The position numbers and the translations under genes are program-made. This document shows positions 1 through 12,101 of a stretch of DNA of 64,000 bases, in pieces. How positions within the stretch are numbered: the stretch's first letter is position 1; each line of letters opens with the position of its first letter. This DNA comes from Monocercomonoides exilis PA203 (lineage: Eukaryota > Protista > Preaxostyla), in contig LSRY02000025.1 in the NCBI GenBank assembly GCA_001643675.2, positions 682,001-746,000 of the forward strand. The letters are read 5' to 3'. A model generated the notes under the pieces. The model ran no database searches, was not told the origin of the DNA, and worked only from the letters and a program-made list of their open reading frames with translations.

Positions 1-2
1 AT

Positions 3-3000
3 GTTAGGAAAGATGGTGTTGGAGGGTTAATTTCGGCAAGAGAGGGCTCAATACTAGTTATGGAAAACTCAGAAATAAGTGGCCCGCAACAATTTAGGAG
101 GCACGGAGCTATTATTATTGATGAATCCTCGTCATTAGAAGTGAAAAAATCAAATTTCTCGCTTTTGACTAGAGAAGCGGGAAATGGAGCGGTGACAGAT
201 GCAAAAATTGGAAGAAGAGGAAAGATGGAAATGTTTGAATGCATAATTTCATCTGTTGCGTGTATTGAACAAGAAGCAAGAGGAGGAAGTATTTTTGCCA
301 CTGTAGAAGGAGGAGGGATGTTTGTGTTCGAGAATAACACAATTGAAGGAAGTGAAGTGAAGGTGGCAAATGGGCTAGGAGGGGGATTGCATTTAAGTTT
401 CGGAACAGTTGATGTTGAATATTCAATGAGACAGAACAAGTTCATCGGAAATAAGGCGATGCTTGGATATGACGTTTATCTTGTTTGTTCAGCTCCTCGA
501 TTAGTTGTCAATAGAAACAAGTGGGCAGGATCAGCGACAGAGGAGCAGGACGAGAAAACGTTGTGGGTTATTGATCCAGAGCATCCATCTGGAAATGATT
601 CGATGATGAAGTATTTATTTGGACATCCAGAGAGCATTGTGTATGTCAGCACTGAGATGGGGCAAATGGAAGGATGTGGATCAGAAGATTTTCCATGCTA
701 TGAAATGTCGTATGGATATTTGCAAATGGTTGAAGAGCAAGACACAATAATGGTTCTTTTGTCTTGTGAACTGAACGGTGAAATCAATCGAGAGAAAGAT
801 CCTATGACAATTTGTGGGAAAGGCGAGAACGGAAGTGAGCTGAGAGTGGGCAAAGAAGGACATTTGTCCGTTCCAGTCGGAACGAGCCTGATGCAGTTAA
901 CAATTGAACGAATCAAATTTGTTCTACCAACAGAGTCTGTTGAAGATGAGCTGGTGAAAGTTGGTGTTGGTACTGTTTATTTTGTGTTGTGCACATTTGA
1001 TGGAAGAGATGAAGCCCTTTCGCAAATAAGCCTGATGATTGTGCGAGGGTGTGGAGGGTCAGTACAGTTTGACAGGACATGCGTAAATGGGATGATGTTT
1101 TTACAGAGGAAAGGGATAGCTTATCTGAGTGGAGGATCCTTAGTTATTTTGGGTTCGAGAATGGAGAATATTACTACGAGCTGAAATGTTTTATTGTGCG
1201 AAAATCAAGGAAAAGTGGAGATTAAGGGTAATTGTAGCTTTGTTAATTGTACTTCAGGAGAAGATGGAGGAGGTCTGAAAAGTTGCATTGGTGCCAATGG
1301 AAGATTAATTGTTGACAACTGCACAATACAGAAGAGTCTTTCAAAGAAGGAGGATGGAAAAGGAGGTGGTATTTTTATCGATCTTTGTCATGGGGGAGAA
1401 TCTTTGTTTATTTTTGAGAAAATTGTATTTTTAGAGAATGCAGCTTGGGAAGGGAGGGATGTGTTTATAGTATGTTCTGATCTGAATGAATCTGCAACAA
1501 AAGAAAGATTTGATATGGAGCTCATTAATGATATGCAAAAAGGGATTGTTGACATGAAAGGAATAGATACAATCAGATTTTTAGTTCCAGTTGATCTTCT
1601 GTTATTCGTTGTCCAACGAAAAACAGATAAAATCGAAGTATCCCCAGATGGATTTGACTTGCTTGGTTGCGGAGTTCATGATCTTCCATGTAATACGTTT
1701 TGGAGAGGGTTTGAGAATTTGAAGGCAAATCTATCATCTAAGAAAATAAAGATTAAAGAATGGTGTGACATTAATAACACGTATGATTTATCCAGATTTT
1801 TTGTTGCATCTGCTGAGGATGAAAAGAAGGCATCAATGAGAATAGGAAACAAAAATTGTGGTGATATTGAAGAAGCAATATTTATGAACAAGGAAACACT
1901 GAAGATAAATTGGATATGGTTTGAAATGATGGGAACTTCTTCTTTCAGACAGAAAACAATAATTTTGTCAGAAGGAGAAGAATCAAATCTAGTATTGTGG
2001 AATTGCACATTTTTTGCGAATAATATACAACCAACAACTTGTAGTCTCGTTTCGTCGAATAGAGGCTTCGTTGAAATGAAATATATTCATGTGAACAATT
2101 TTTCATGTGATTTGGTACCTTTTTGTTTTAAATCAGCTGTGATAATGTTCAAATGCATATTTGAAAATGTTTATTCGGAAAATAATTGCGAGGGAGGGGC
2201 AGTTAAGATTGAATTAAAAAGCAATGATAAAGCTGTAGCTAATTCAACACTTGCTGAGAGATGCAAGTGTACAGAACAGAATGGGAAAGGTGGGTGGATG
2301 TATGTGAAATGCTTTGAATCAACATCTATCAATCCTTTTTTGTTTGAAGATACTTCTTTTGTTTTGAATGATGCAGCAATTGGAAAGAACTTATTCATAA
2401 AATCATTTGATTTGAACGCAACTGTCACTTTAGCATCGTTTTTGTTTGGCTTTGATGAATTGAAGAACGATCAGAGTCTGTTTGTTGGAAGTGATGAAAG
2501 CTTCGCAGAAGCAGATCTGTTCATGTTCCTGGTTGAATTCAAAAGCTTGAAAGTATTTGTATCCTCCTTCGGACATGATGTGATGAGATGTGGGGGAAAA
2601 GAAGAGCCATGTATGACATTATGGAAAAGCATAAGACAAAGCAAAGTTAATGATAACTCCAAAGAGATGGTGGTAGCTGTAATCCTGAAAGTTTGTTTGG
2701 ATGAGTGTTTTAATTTGTCAGGGTACATTGTTGAATCATCAACAGTGCCAGAAGAAGCCCCGTTGAGAGCTATTGTTGAAGTGAAAAATAAAATTGAAGG
2801 AATGAGTTGCCCATGCATCGTAAATGAAAAAAAACTGATGTTAAGGATGATCGCCTTATCAGTAGTTGAAGGATTTGAAAGTGAAGAAGGAGGAGTGATT
2901 GTGAATAAAGAAGGAATTTTGAAAGTGGAAAACTGCCTTCTTGAGTCAAATGGTTCATCAGAAATGTGCGGAAGCTATTCGTTTATTGTGATAGAAAAAG

Positions 3001-6000
3001 GAGAATTACAAATAGAAAAACTTGATATGCAGGATTCGAACGCAAGATGTTCACTAATTGTGATAAAATGCGGTTGCTGTTGCAGCTTGAGTCATTCTGA
3101 ACTAACTTGGGGAACAATATTTGAAGGATGTGTTGTTGATGTTATTGATTCTCTGGAATCGAATGAAGAAGCAAAATCTCAATTGCACATTTCGAACTCG
3201 TCTTTCAACTCGCTGTCTGGAAGCAATTCTTTTCCATGTATAATAAAAAGTGATTCAGCTTCGAAAGTTGGAGTAGAAATAATTAACACAAGATTTGAGA
3301 TGTGTAAGGCTTCTGCGTCTGTCAAAGGAGGAGTTGGATGGATCAAGCTGAATCATGGAGGAGAATTTTCATTGAAGCATTGCGATGTTATTCAATGCGG
3401 ATGTAGCAGTGACGAAGGTCGAGGAGGAGGCTTTTATCTTTCAACAGATGAAAATGGAACCATGAATTTTGTATTCCAGAATTCTACGTTCAAAGGAAAT
3501 AATGCAAAGACAGGAAATGACATTTTTATTGAATGCGTGTCAATATTTGATCAGATTGACGAAACACATTTCCTGATGGATTTGAGAGAAGGGATATTCA
3601 ACAGAATGAATGCAATATGGGGTATTGATAATACAGATAATGTTCCTGTTGATTTAATGAAATATATCACAATTCATCAAGCTGATATAATCATTGTTTC
3701 GTCTGCAAGAGAAAAGGCAGGAAAAAATGATCGACAATGCGGAACGAAAACTCTGCCGTGCCTTTCATTGGATTATGGATTAAACCATCTCACAAGCGAC
3801 TTAGAGAGCAGGCTCCTTATTGAAACTGAGGGATTGATCGCAAAAGAAGTGCAGCTTGGAGATGTGACTCTGGCAAGCAGGAACAGTATTAAGTGCAGCA
3901 TTGGTATATTGAATGGAATTGAGGTGTTTACAGAGAATCTTGTTTCTTCACGGGGGAACACAAGCATTATCAGATGCTGCTTTTTATTCAACTGCTCGTT
4001 CGTCTCAATGCATATGCATTTTCTATTTGTGGAAGGGGGGCTTCTTTCGCTTTTATCTTGCTCTTTTGCATCCCAATGTGCAACAAATGCTGGGAGTGTA
4101 ACTCTTCCTCTGAATCTTATATGTGTTGGAGAAGGCCAGCTGGAGATAAGTGAACTTGAGGTTAGGGGTCTCAGCTTTGACTCAGCACCGATACTTCAGT
4201 TATTTCAGAATGCTAAGTTTGCAAAAATTAATGGATTGAACATCGAGAATATAAAAATGAAGTTTATGAGTGTCATTGAATTTTGTACATCTTCTTTTTT
4301 TTCAAACGAAGATGAGGCGATTCAGTCGGTTTTAATAACATTATCTGTTTTTGAAAATATTACTCATTCTTCTGATGGGGCTGCGGCAATCGATTTTTCG
4401 ACTTCGAACATCCATCCCACTCTCTCAAACTGCTCGTTTAGCAAATGCATATCAGAAGATCTGAAAGGAAGCATTGCCTCTTTCATTTCTTGTAGGAATG
4501 CAACAATTGAGCAATGTTTGTTTTCTGGTGATTTGAATGTTGATAAACTTGAAAAAAATGAATCAATAACAGAATTCGAAGATATTTGCAGGTTTAATGG
4601 TTCGTTGATTGAAATGAAAAGCACTTTTTCGTTCATGAAAGATTCCACAGTAATAAATGCTTCTTTTGGAGGTTTGTCCATTTGTGGAGGTGATGTGAGG
4701 ATAGAAATGGGGATGTTTATGAACAATAACCCACATATCTGGCGGTATCCTTCTCTAAGGAGGAACATAATGTGCTCAGACAGTGGAACTGTTGACTTTG
4801 AAAACGCGAAAGGTGGAGATGGGGTTTTTCCATATGTGTCGCTGTGGATACAGAACGATAAATGTGTATTGACTGGCCTTACAGACCTAAGACCTTCATC
4901 TTTATTTATTCCATCAATAAAGAATGTGTCAATTGAAGAAAAAGAGATGCAAGCATTTCTCAAATTCGAGGGTGCTCTTCTGCTTCCGTGTAACCTATCG
5001 TATGTAGTTTCTGTTGTGGTGGGAGATGAAGAGATGGTGGAGTCACATGATTTTGATATGGACATGTTTGAATCAGAAGAGGTTGTCAGAGGAATTGTGA
5101 ATCGTGACTTTATCGATCAAGGAGGAGAAGAAACAGAAGTGTCAGTAAAGATCTTATTTGGAAAAGAAAATGAACGTGTATCGACAGAGCCTTTCATTCT
5201 GAAAAACAGAAGCGAGCCCAAAGCTAATGGAGACGAAAGAATTGTTGAAGGAGGAAAAGAAGGAAAATCTTATTGGTTGTTGATTGTGATTGTACTTGTT
5301 GTGATTTTGTTGATAATTCTAATCTCACTTGTGATATTCATTGTTCGATGGAGGAAAGTTAAGGAAAGAAATGAAGAATTGCAAGAGATTGTGAATGATA
5401 ATATCAGAAAAGATCCGAAGGCGTTTGAGATGGTGACGATGGAGATGTCACCAGAGGAACAGTGGAGAAGAGCTGAGAGAGAGGCAGAGAAGAAGAATGA
5501 AGAGAGGATCAAGAAGAGAGTGTATGATTCAAATATGCAACATTCAGAATCGTCGGAGTATCTTTTGTCTGAGAGTGGCTCCACTGAATACATCCTGGGG
5601 AGAGATTCAGACAAGATTCCAGAATGGGCGCTGGAGAAGGTTGAAGAAGAAGAGATAAGGAAGCGAACTCCATCACCTTCCATTTCATCCACTTCAACCA
5701 TAGACACTTCAGACACTGAATCCACATTTGTTCGAGGGGAAGATTTGTGTCCGACAACCTCATCCATGTCAAATCTGGTGGATGCAATGGCCTGTTCATC
5801 TCCTCATGAGAAGCTGATTGTGGATTTGAGGGATTCTCTGTTCATGCTGTTGCATGGAAGGAATGAGAAGAAGGAGATGGAAATCGGGAGTCTTCAACAA
5901 AGAGAGCAAACAGCTGCCCAGATCCTGTTCTGGGTGGCAAATGGGGCACTTCACTCGTTTGAAGAAATGGACGATCCTCTTCAATCTCTTTCCAATCTGA

Positions 6001-6620
6001 GCCCACACATTGTGCTGTTCTCAGAACATATGGTCATCTGCATTGTGATGCACTCTGACTTATTGTCTAATGATTCTGATTCATCGTCCATCTCTTCATC
6101 AACAGTTGTGACATCTGCCAGTGATGATGACGATGAAGATTCTCTTCCTTCATCAGCGTTTGATGATGAAGATAGCTTAAAAAAAGAGTGTCTGAGGTGG
6201 AAGGCGCCTGAGCTGCTGATCAACAAGAGTCTGGGAGCAACAAAGGAGTCAGTCTCGTTCTCGATTGGGATGATGCTGTGGGAGTGCCTGACGCTCCAGA
6301 TCCCTTTTGGGGAGTATGAGGCAGAGGTGGCTGGAAAGAAGATTGCGAACGGAGAAAGGCCAGTTATGGCTGCAGTTCGCGACTCTTCTTTTTGTGAGCT
6401 GGTCAAATTGGCAGTGAGCGAGAAGCCAGGAGCAAGGCCAATACTGAGCAATCTGAAACGAGAATTCATCCAGAGATTCCCAGCAGGAGCTGTAATCCTT
6501 ACAATGTCTGATGCAGTCACCTACAAAGAAGGGTCTCAGGAAAATTCAGAAGTGGAGCAATCTGGATCTTTGGACTCCTCGGAAATAATATTCATCAACA
6601 GTCAAAACACTCGCAACTGA
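3..6620 (+). pseudogene. Large receptor-like surface protein (beta-helix/Pmp-like ectodomain, single TM, C-terminal degenerate Tyr-kinase-like domain), interrupted by one in-frame TGA at 1182-1184; 5' end lies outside the window
   Basis: ORFs 60..1184 and 1194..6620 are in the same frame, separated only by TGA-AAT-GTT-TTA, and the frame is also open from base 3. Recurrent GGG(I/L/F)x...FxxNxAxxGxD(V/I)F and GxDxxxCGxxxxPC motifs occur on both sides of the stop. TM segment YWLLIVIVLVVILLIILISLVIFIVRW. Kinase C-lobe motifs LRWKAPELL and SFSIGMMLWECLTLQIPF. Pseudogene versus readthrough versus sequencing error is unresolved. Confidence 0.7.
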
Positions 6621-7108
6621 ACGAGCAGAGAAATAGTCAACATCATAGTTGAAGAAGTTAATGATTTTTATAAAAAAAAAAAAAACCAGCAAACCCTTTG
6701 CTTTCGGAAAATGGTTGAATGTCTTGCCAAGTGTTCAGAGCGAAACCCAGATTGAAAAGGAAGCAGAAATTCCTCTTCAATCCAGTTTTTTTGTGTGTGT
6801 GCGTGGACATTAAGTTTGTGTGAATTTGGATCTTCATTTCAATATTATCCTCTCGTAAATTATACAGCAAGCATTCCATTTTTCATCCTTTTTTGTTGCT
6901 CTTTGAAGCTTCGATTAGGAAATAATTCTTGAACGAAAAGCTTTCTCAAAAAAAGTGTGCAATTGAAGATTATTGCAGTAACTTTAAAGTCCTTGAATCG
7001 CATTTGAAAATTCTGGATATTTTTTTTTTTTTGAAAAAAGCTTTTTTGGAAAATTTTATATTATACTGAATTGATCAATTTTTATTTTATTTTTATTTTG
7101 AAGCTGAA

Positions 7109-8741
7109 ATGAGGTCAAAAGGCACTGGCATTACACGTTCTGAATTAATTGCAACAATTGCAGTAAGTGTCGTTACTACTGCTATTTCTATTGTTAATAA
7201 ATTAGCTGTAAAATCATTTCCTTATTCTTCTTCGCTTTCTCTAATTCAAAATGTATTTATTTTTACTGGAATCTTCATTTACTGGATTTTAAAAAAAGAT
7301 GGTCCAAAATTTTCTTCAAGAAAAGCAAAGCAACTTTTTCCAACTGCTGTTACAACATCACTAAATTTTATCACAAATTTTAAAGCTTTGCAGTTTTTGA
7401 ACGTCTCAACTGTTGCTGTTATGCATAATGTTAATCTTCTTCTTGTTGCTGTATTGGATTATTTTCTTTTTGGACGACGTTTTTCAAAGCAAACTCTTTT
7501 TTCACTTTTTCTAATTATTGTTGGTGCTGTTCTTTATGGATATGGTGAAATTGTTGTATCGTTTGTTGGGTATTTGTGGCTTTTATTTCATATGTTTGCT
7601 CATGAAGGTCAAAGTTTATACACAAAATTCATCACGACTAGATATGATTATTCATCTGTGGAAATGTCTTTTTACAGTTCTCTGTGGTCATGCCCAATAC
7701 TATTGATTGCGATGCTTTACTCGGGTGAGCAATATCAAAGCATTTCGATGTTGCTTTCTTCTAAAGCAATTTGGGTTTGTTGTTAATTATCTTTTCAAAT
7801 CTAAAAAATATTTTATCATTTGAAAAATATTTCAATAATATTTTAACTTAACAAAACTTTTTTGGTTTTGAATATGTTGACTAATATAGGCATATGTCAG
7901 TGGGGTGCTTGCTCTCATTCTTTCGAATTTGCGCTTCTTTTCCCTTAAAACTTTGAGCGTAACTGCCTATGCTGCCCTGAATATTGTAAATAAAGTTCCT
8001 TCTTCAATTATATCTGTGTTTCTTTTCGATCAAAAAGTAACTTTTGTTCAAGTTGTTGGATACATTGTAGCGTTTGCTGGTGCATATTTGTATTCAATTT
8101 TTGGAAAGAGAGACACATTTGATGAGGATAGGGCAATCATAAAGAAGCAAAAAAATTGTAATCGACCAGAATCTCCGGAAGGAAAAGGAAGGGAAGAAAA
8201 CAGAGCCTCAGAAGAAGGAAGGATTGCATCTGACGATGCTCAAAATGACAATAGATCGCCTTTGCAGCCTTTTTCTCTTTCTGGCGCTTTCTCAAGCACT
8301 TCATCCAATACTTTGACTTCAAGCAAAACGGATCAATCTTTGTCAATTGGATCTCCTCTGCCAGCAAATAATGAAAGCTTGCAATCAAATGGTCCCTTTG
8401 ACTCTCTCATTTCGTCGGATGAAATGAAAGTGGCGCAAAGCAGAGTTCTCGAAGCCCGGAAAAAGAGGTCAGCAGGACGGAAGCGAGGAAACTTTTCGGC
8501 TTTGGTGGAGCAGATGAGCAAAGAGGCGTTGTCTCAGACAGCCAAATCTCAAATCATTTCAGAATATCCTCCGCTGCCGCCGCAAAAACCCATCACGCTC
8601 ATTTCGCAAATGTCTGTTTCTCCGTCTTCAAAGAAATCTTCAAACACAACACTTCTGTCTGATCAACACGTCACAGTTTCTTCTCCTGAACCGCAAGAAG
8701 AGAACGTGTTAGTTTCAAACAAAGAGGAAAATGAAACGTAA
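7109..8741 (+). CDS. Nucleotide-sugar / triose-phosphate transporter family protein (GDP-mannose/GDP-fucose transporter-like, SLC35) with Ser-rich tail; 2 exons
   Basis: Exons 7109-7774 and 7890-8741. Intron GTTTGT...TGACTAATATAG joins AIW|AYVSGVLAL in frame (~505 aa). Multiple TM helices and family motifs SIVNKL, KALQFLNVST and SVTAYAALNIVNKVP. Confidence 0.85.
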
Positions 8742-9094
8742 ATTGCGAACTTAGAAAGCAAAAATTACCAGTTCGGTGAACTATAACATTATTTGTATGA
8801 TATTTATGCAGCTTTATCTGCTTTTTTTGATGAATAATTAAAACTTTCAATAAAGGTTGATTTTCTTTTGTGAATCTTTACAGCTACTTCAACAAATTTG
8901 TTGAAAAACAAGGAGAGCATAAATATTATTTTTCTATTATCTGTGAATAATTTAATAATTTTCTGAATTTTTCTAATTATTCAAGACTGATGGTTCAAAA
9001 GAACACAAAAATCAGATGAAAATAAGAAAATTTGAAGAAATTACAATATACAAATTAGATAACAGTAATTTTTTAACAATACTCTTCATCTGTC

Positions 9095-9096
<2 letters not shown>

Positions 9097-9139
<43 letters not shown>

Positions 9140-9157
9140 TTTTTTTTTTTTTTTTTT
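9097..9157. repeat. Poly(T)/poly(A) homopolymer tract, ~60 nt with one AC interruption
   Basis: Seen directly, ~55 bp downstream of the tRNA gene. Confidence 0.95.
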
Positions 9158-9205
9158 CTTGAGATTAATTTGTTATGGGTTCGCACAAAAAGTGCCTGAA
9201 ATTTT

Positions 9206-9210
9206 AAAAA
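9206..9210 (-). terminator. Pol III T-tract terminator of the tRNA-Ser gene
   Basis: TTTTT on the minus strand 2 nt after the tRNA 3' end. Confidence 0.75.
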
Positions 9211-9212
9211 TT

Positions 9213-9294
9213 CGCACTGAGCAGGATTTGAACCTACGCGGGATGAACCCAGCAGATTTCTAGTCTGCCGCCTTAACCACTCGGCCATCAGTGC
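9213..9294 (-). tRNA. tRNA-Ser, anticodon AGA (IGA), no intron
   Basis: Reverse complement GCACTGATGGCCGAGTGGTTAAGGCGGCAGACT-AGA-AATCTGCTGGGTTCATCCCGCGTAGGTTCAAATCCTGCTCAGTGCG. It has acceptor stem GCACTGA/TCAGTGC, an A-box, anticodon stem GCAGA/TCTGC, a long variable arm, T-loop GGTTCAAATCC and discriminator G. Confidence 0.97.
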
Positions 9295-9463
9295 TTGTGA
9301 AAAGAAGATTTTTTTTATACATTATAATAATAAACTATTTAATTAAAAATTTTTATCAATTTAATAGAACTATTTTTTTTATTTTTTTTAAATCAGTTTA
9401 TTATCAATAAAGCTGATTATTTTTGAAATGATTCTTTCGTTCGAGTTTTGATCAAATTTTTTT

Positions 9464-9565
9464 ATCTCAATGGGATTTTGAAGAAAATGAGTTGAAATAA
9501 GGAACACTTATTGATTAAGTTATTGCTTTTGCAAAAACAAATTCTTTTCAGAATCCCATTGAGAT
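9464..9565. repeat. Short inverted repeat (~20-bp arms, ~60-nt spacer)
   Basis: ATCTCAATGGGATTTTGAA (9464-9482) pairs with TTCAGAATCCCATTGAGAT (9547-9565), with one mismatch. Confidence 0.85.
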
Positions 9566-9580
9566 TTACAGATATCGCAT

Positions 9581-9955
9581 AAAATACAGGACGTCGCACC
9601 TAATGCTATTAAAGATCGATTTCACAATAACCGCAAGAGGAATAATTCTGACATTTTCCCTCAAAACACACCTCATCAATTCAAACTCATTTGATATTCA
9701 AAACTTTCAAAACAGCTTCATTTGTACTCAGAAAAAATATATATATCGAAATCTCGGAAAAATAAGATTTTGGACTTCTCCGAGTTTTCTTTTTTAATTT
9801 TCTCAGGGCACAAATAAAGCTATTTTGAAAGTCTCATTTATCAGTTGAGTTTGCATTGAAGAGACATATTTTTTGGATTATTGTCACAATTTTTCCACTT
9901 GCAGTTATTGAGAAATCGATCTTTAATGGTATTTAGTGTGATATCCGGATTTTTT
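9581..9955. repeat. Long degenerate inverted repeat (foldback/MITE-like); arms ~9581-9760 and ~9776-9955
   Basis: Arms align by eye along their length. Examples: ATTAAAGATCGATTT (9608-9622) with AAATCGATCTTTAAT (9913-9927); ACTTTCAAAACAGCTTCATTTGT with ACAAATAAAGCTATTTTGAAAGT; CTCGGAAAA with TTCTCCGAG at the centre. Confidence 0.9.
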
Positions 9956-10481
9956 GAACAATCAATAATTGTGAAATTTGGAGAGTTGGAATGAAAAATT
10001 TTTGGAAAAATTTAATTGTAATCTTCTCTTGAGGAATTGACAAAAGAAGTATTTTGAAAATTTCCGCATGTGAATTTGAAAAAAAGACAAAGAAAAATGA
10101 TGAAATTAATCCAATTTGTTTTTCATGTATTTACTGAGTAATCGATCTGAACCTGTATTTTTTCAGTGTCCGGACAAATGAGCAAAATCAATGATTATGT
10201 AAGAATGAATTTTCTTTTGGTGTTTTGTTTTTTCAAACTTTCAAATTCACGAATAACAAGATTTTGAAAAAAAAATGTCCCATTTAATATTTTTTTTTGG
10301 TTCTCTTTGAATTTGTTTCTTTCGCATTCTTGTAAAATACATAAAAATTCAAACTTTGCAGAATAATTACAAAATTCACAAAATGATACGTAATAAAAAT
10401 GATCTTAAAACTTATGCAAAAAAATCAAAACATTTGCAAATTTTTTAATTTAACGTAAATCAATTAAAAAAATTTGATCTT

Positions 10482-11753
10482 TCATTCAGGAAATTTTGTT
10501 GAAAAAGAAACACTTGAAGATTCATTCAGTGACTGAGGTGGTAAGTGAGAAATTGTTGCTCTCCTGCTCATTGAATATGGAGTTAACGAAGACGTTGAGC
10601 TGTTAGAAGGAAAAGAAGACGACTGCCTTGTTGAAGGAGATATTGGGCATCGACAAAACATTGAGCAATCTTCAGAATTTCCTGGAATTCCCAGAGGGGA
10701 AGGTTTGTACTTCTCCTTTTTTCCTCCCGCTTCTTCTCCGAACTCAAAATCTGTTCCGTGCTTTTTCCGACCGCGCCCCAGAACCATATCATCAAAAATC
10801 GAAGATGTAACATTTTCGTGTGTTGTATTGGAAAAAAATGGGGTTGAAAAAGTTGAGATAAAAGTGTCTGTTGCAGCTGAATAAGGACGATTTGCATATG
10901 GACGATAATGCGCAGATTGACGAGTACTTGAAAAAGATGTTCTCGATGGCCGAGTCCCAAAAGAAGTATGAGGTCGAATATTTGAAGAGCTCTGCGTTGA
11001 AGATCTTGATCTATTTACTGTCAAAGAAGAATTCTCATTTTGAAATAACGTACGAAACGGAACATCATTTTTCTTTCCAGGAATAAGTGAATAATCTTTT
11101 TTATTTTCTTCACATTCTTCTTTTCCTTCAAGCAAGCTATTTTCTTTTTTCTTCAAATTGTATTGCTGTTCAGCTCTCATCAGAAGCATTGCATCCGTTT
11201 CTACATCTTTCTTTTTACTCTCAACATGAGAAGGAAAATCAAGTCCACAAAGTGATGCAATATCTTCAAAAACCTGTGGAGTTATTTTTCCTTCATTTCC
11301 TTTGTCAACAAAGTGTACCAAAGATTTAACATCATTCTTAGTTACTCCAGGATCATAGTCTTGTAGATATCGGAGTAGTTCTGAATAAGTCAAATATCCC
11401 CTCCCTTCAATATCCAAAAGAACAAATACATCCGTGCAAATCGCATGAAAGGAAGTTTCTATTAAATACCGTCCAAAAAAACGTGTAAATGTTGAAAATT
11501 TCATTCTTCCTTTTCCACTTGAATCAAGCTCTCCTGCAACAAGTCCTGCATTGTACTCATGAGAGCGAGTTCGATATTTAAATCCAACATCAACAACATC
11601 ATCAATTACAACTTCTCCTAAATCAAAATTAAAAATTAACAACAATCAAAAATCAAAAACTGTGACAAAATACTCACCTGTATTTTCAAAATCCAATTCA
11701 TTAAATACATTTTTTAAATAATATACAACTTTGTTTGGCAAAAAATCAGCCAT
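10482..11753 (-). CDS. EF-hand (calmodulin/centrin-like N-terminal domain) protein with disordered Ser-rich tail; 2 exons
   Basis: Exon 1 11753-11678 (MADFLPNKVVYYLKNVFNELDFENT), intron 11677-11618 GTGAGT..TTTAG, exon 2 11617-10482. Four EF-loop-like motifs: DFENTGEVVIDD, DSSGKGRMKFST, DIEGRGYLTYSE and DKGNEGKITPQV. Confidence 0.85.
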
Positions 11754-12101
11754 GAAAAAAACACTTTTTAAAATGTGACAAAATTTTAAAGGGTCTTATT
11801 GAATGACAACTCCTCCAAGGAATAATAATAATTCCAATGACTATATTCCAACAATGCTATTCTGGATGCATAGAATAATTTGACCCACATTAAATAACAA
11901 ACATTATCAAAAACATTTAAGTGTTTGCTGAGGCAGTTATTTTGATAATTATGTATGAATTTTAATAAAAAATATGCAAATTGAAACAAAATATCAAAAT
12001 GCAACTTTGAACATTATTTCTTAAGATGTTAAATGAAAAAGTGTGAAATATCGATGATAATAATGTGGATGACCAGTATAAAGATTTTTTAAAAATTTCA
12101 G

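Noticed and set aside
9182-9195. Mini-helix GCAC-TTTTT-GTGCG mimicking the tRNA acceptor stem
   Set aside because: The stem is only 4 bp and is compatible with chance.
9097-9294. tRNA-derived SINE (tRNA head + spacer + poly-A on the minus strand)
   Set aside because: The tRNA is structurally intact with its own T5 terminator, no TSD was seen, and long A/T runs are common in the window.
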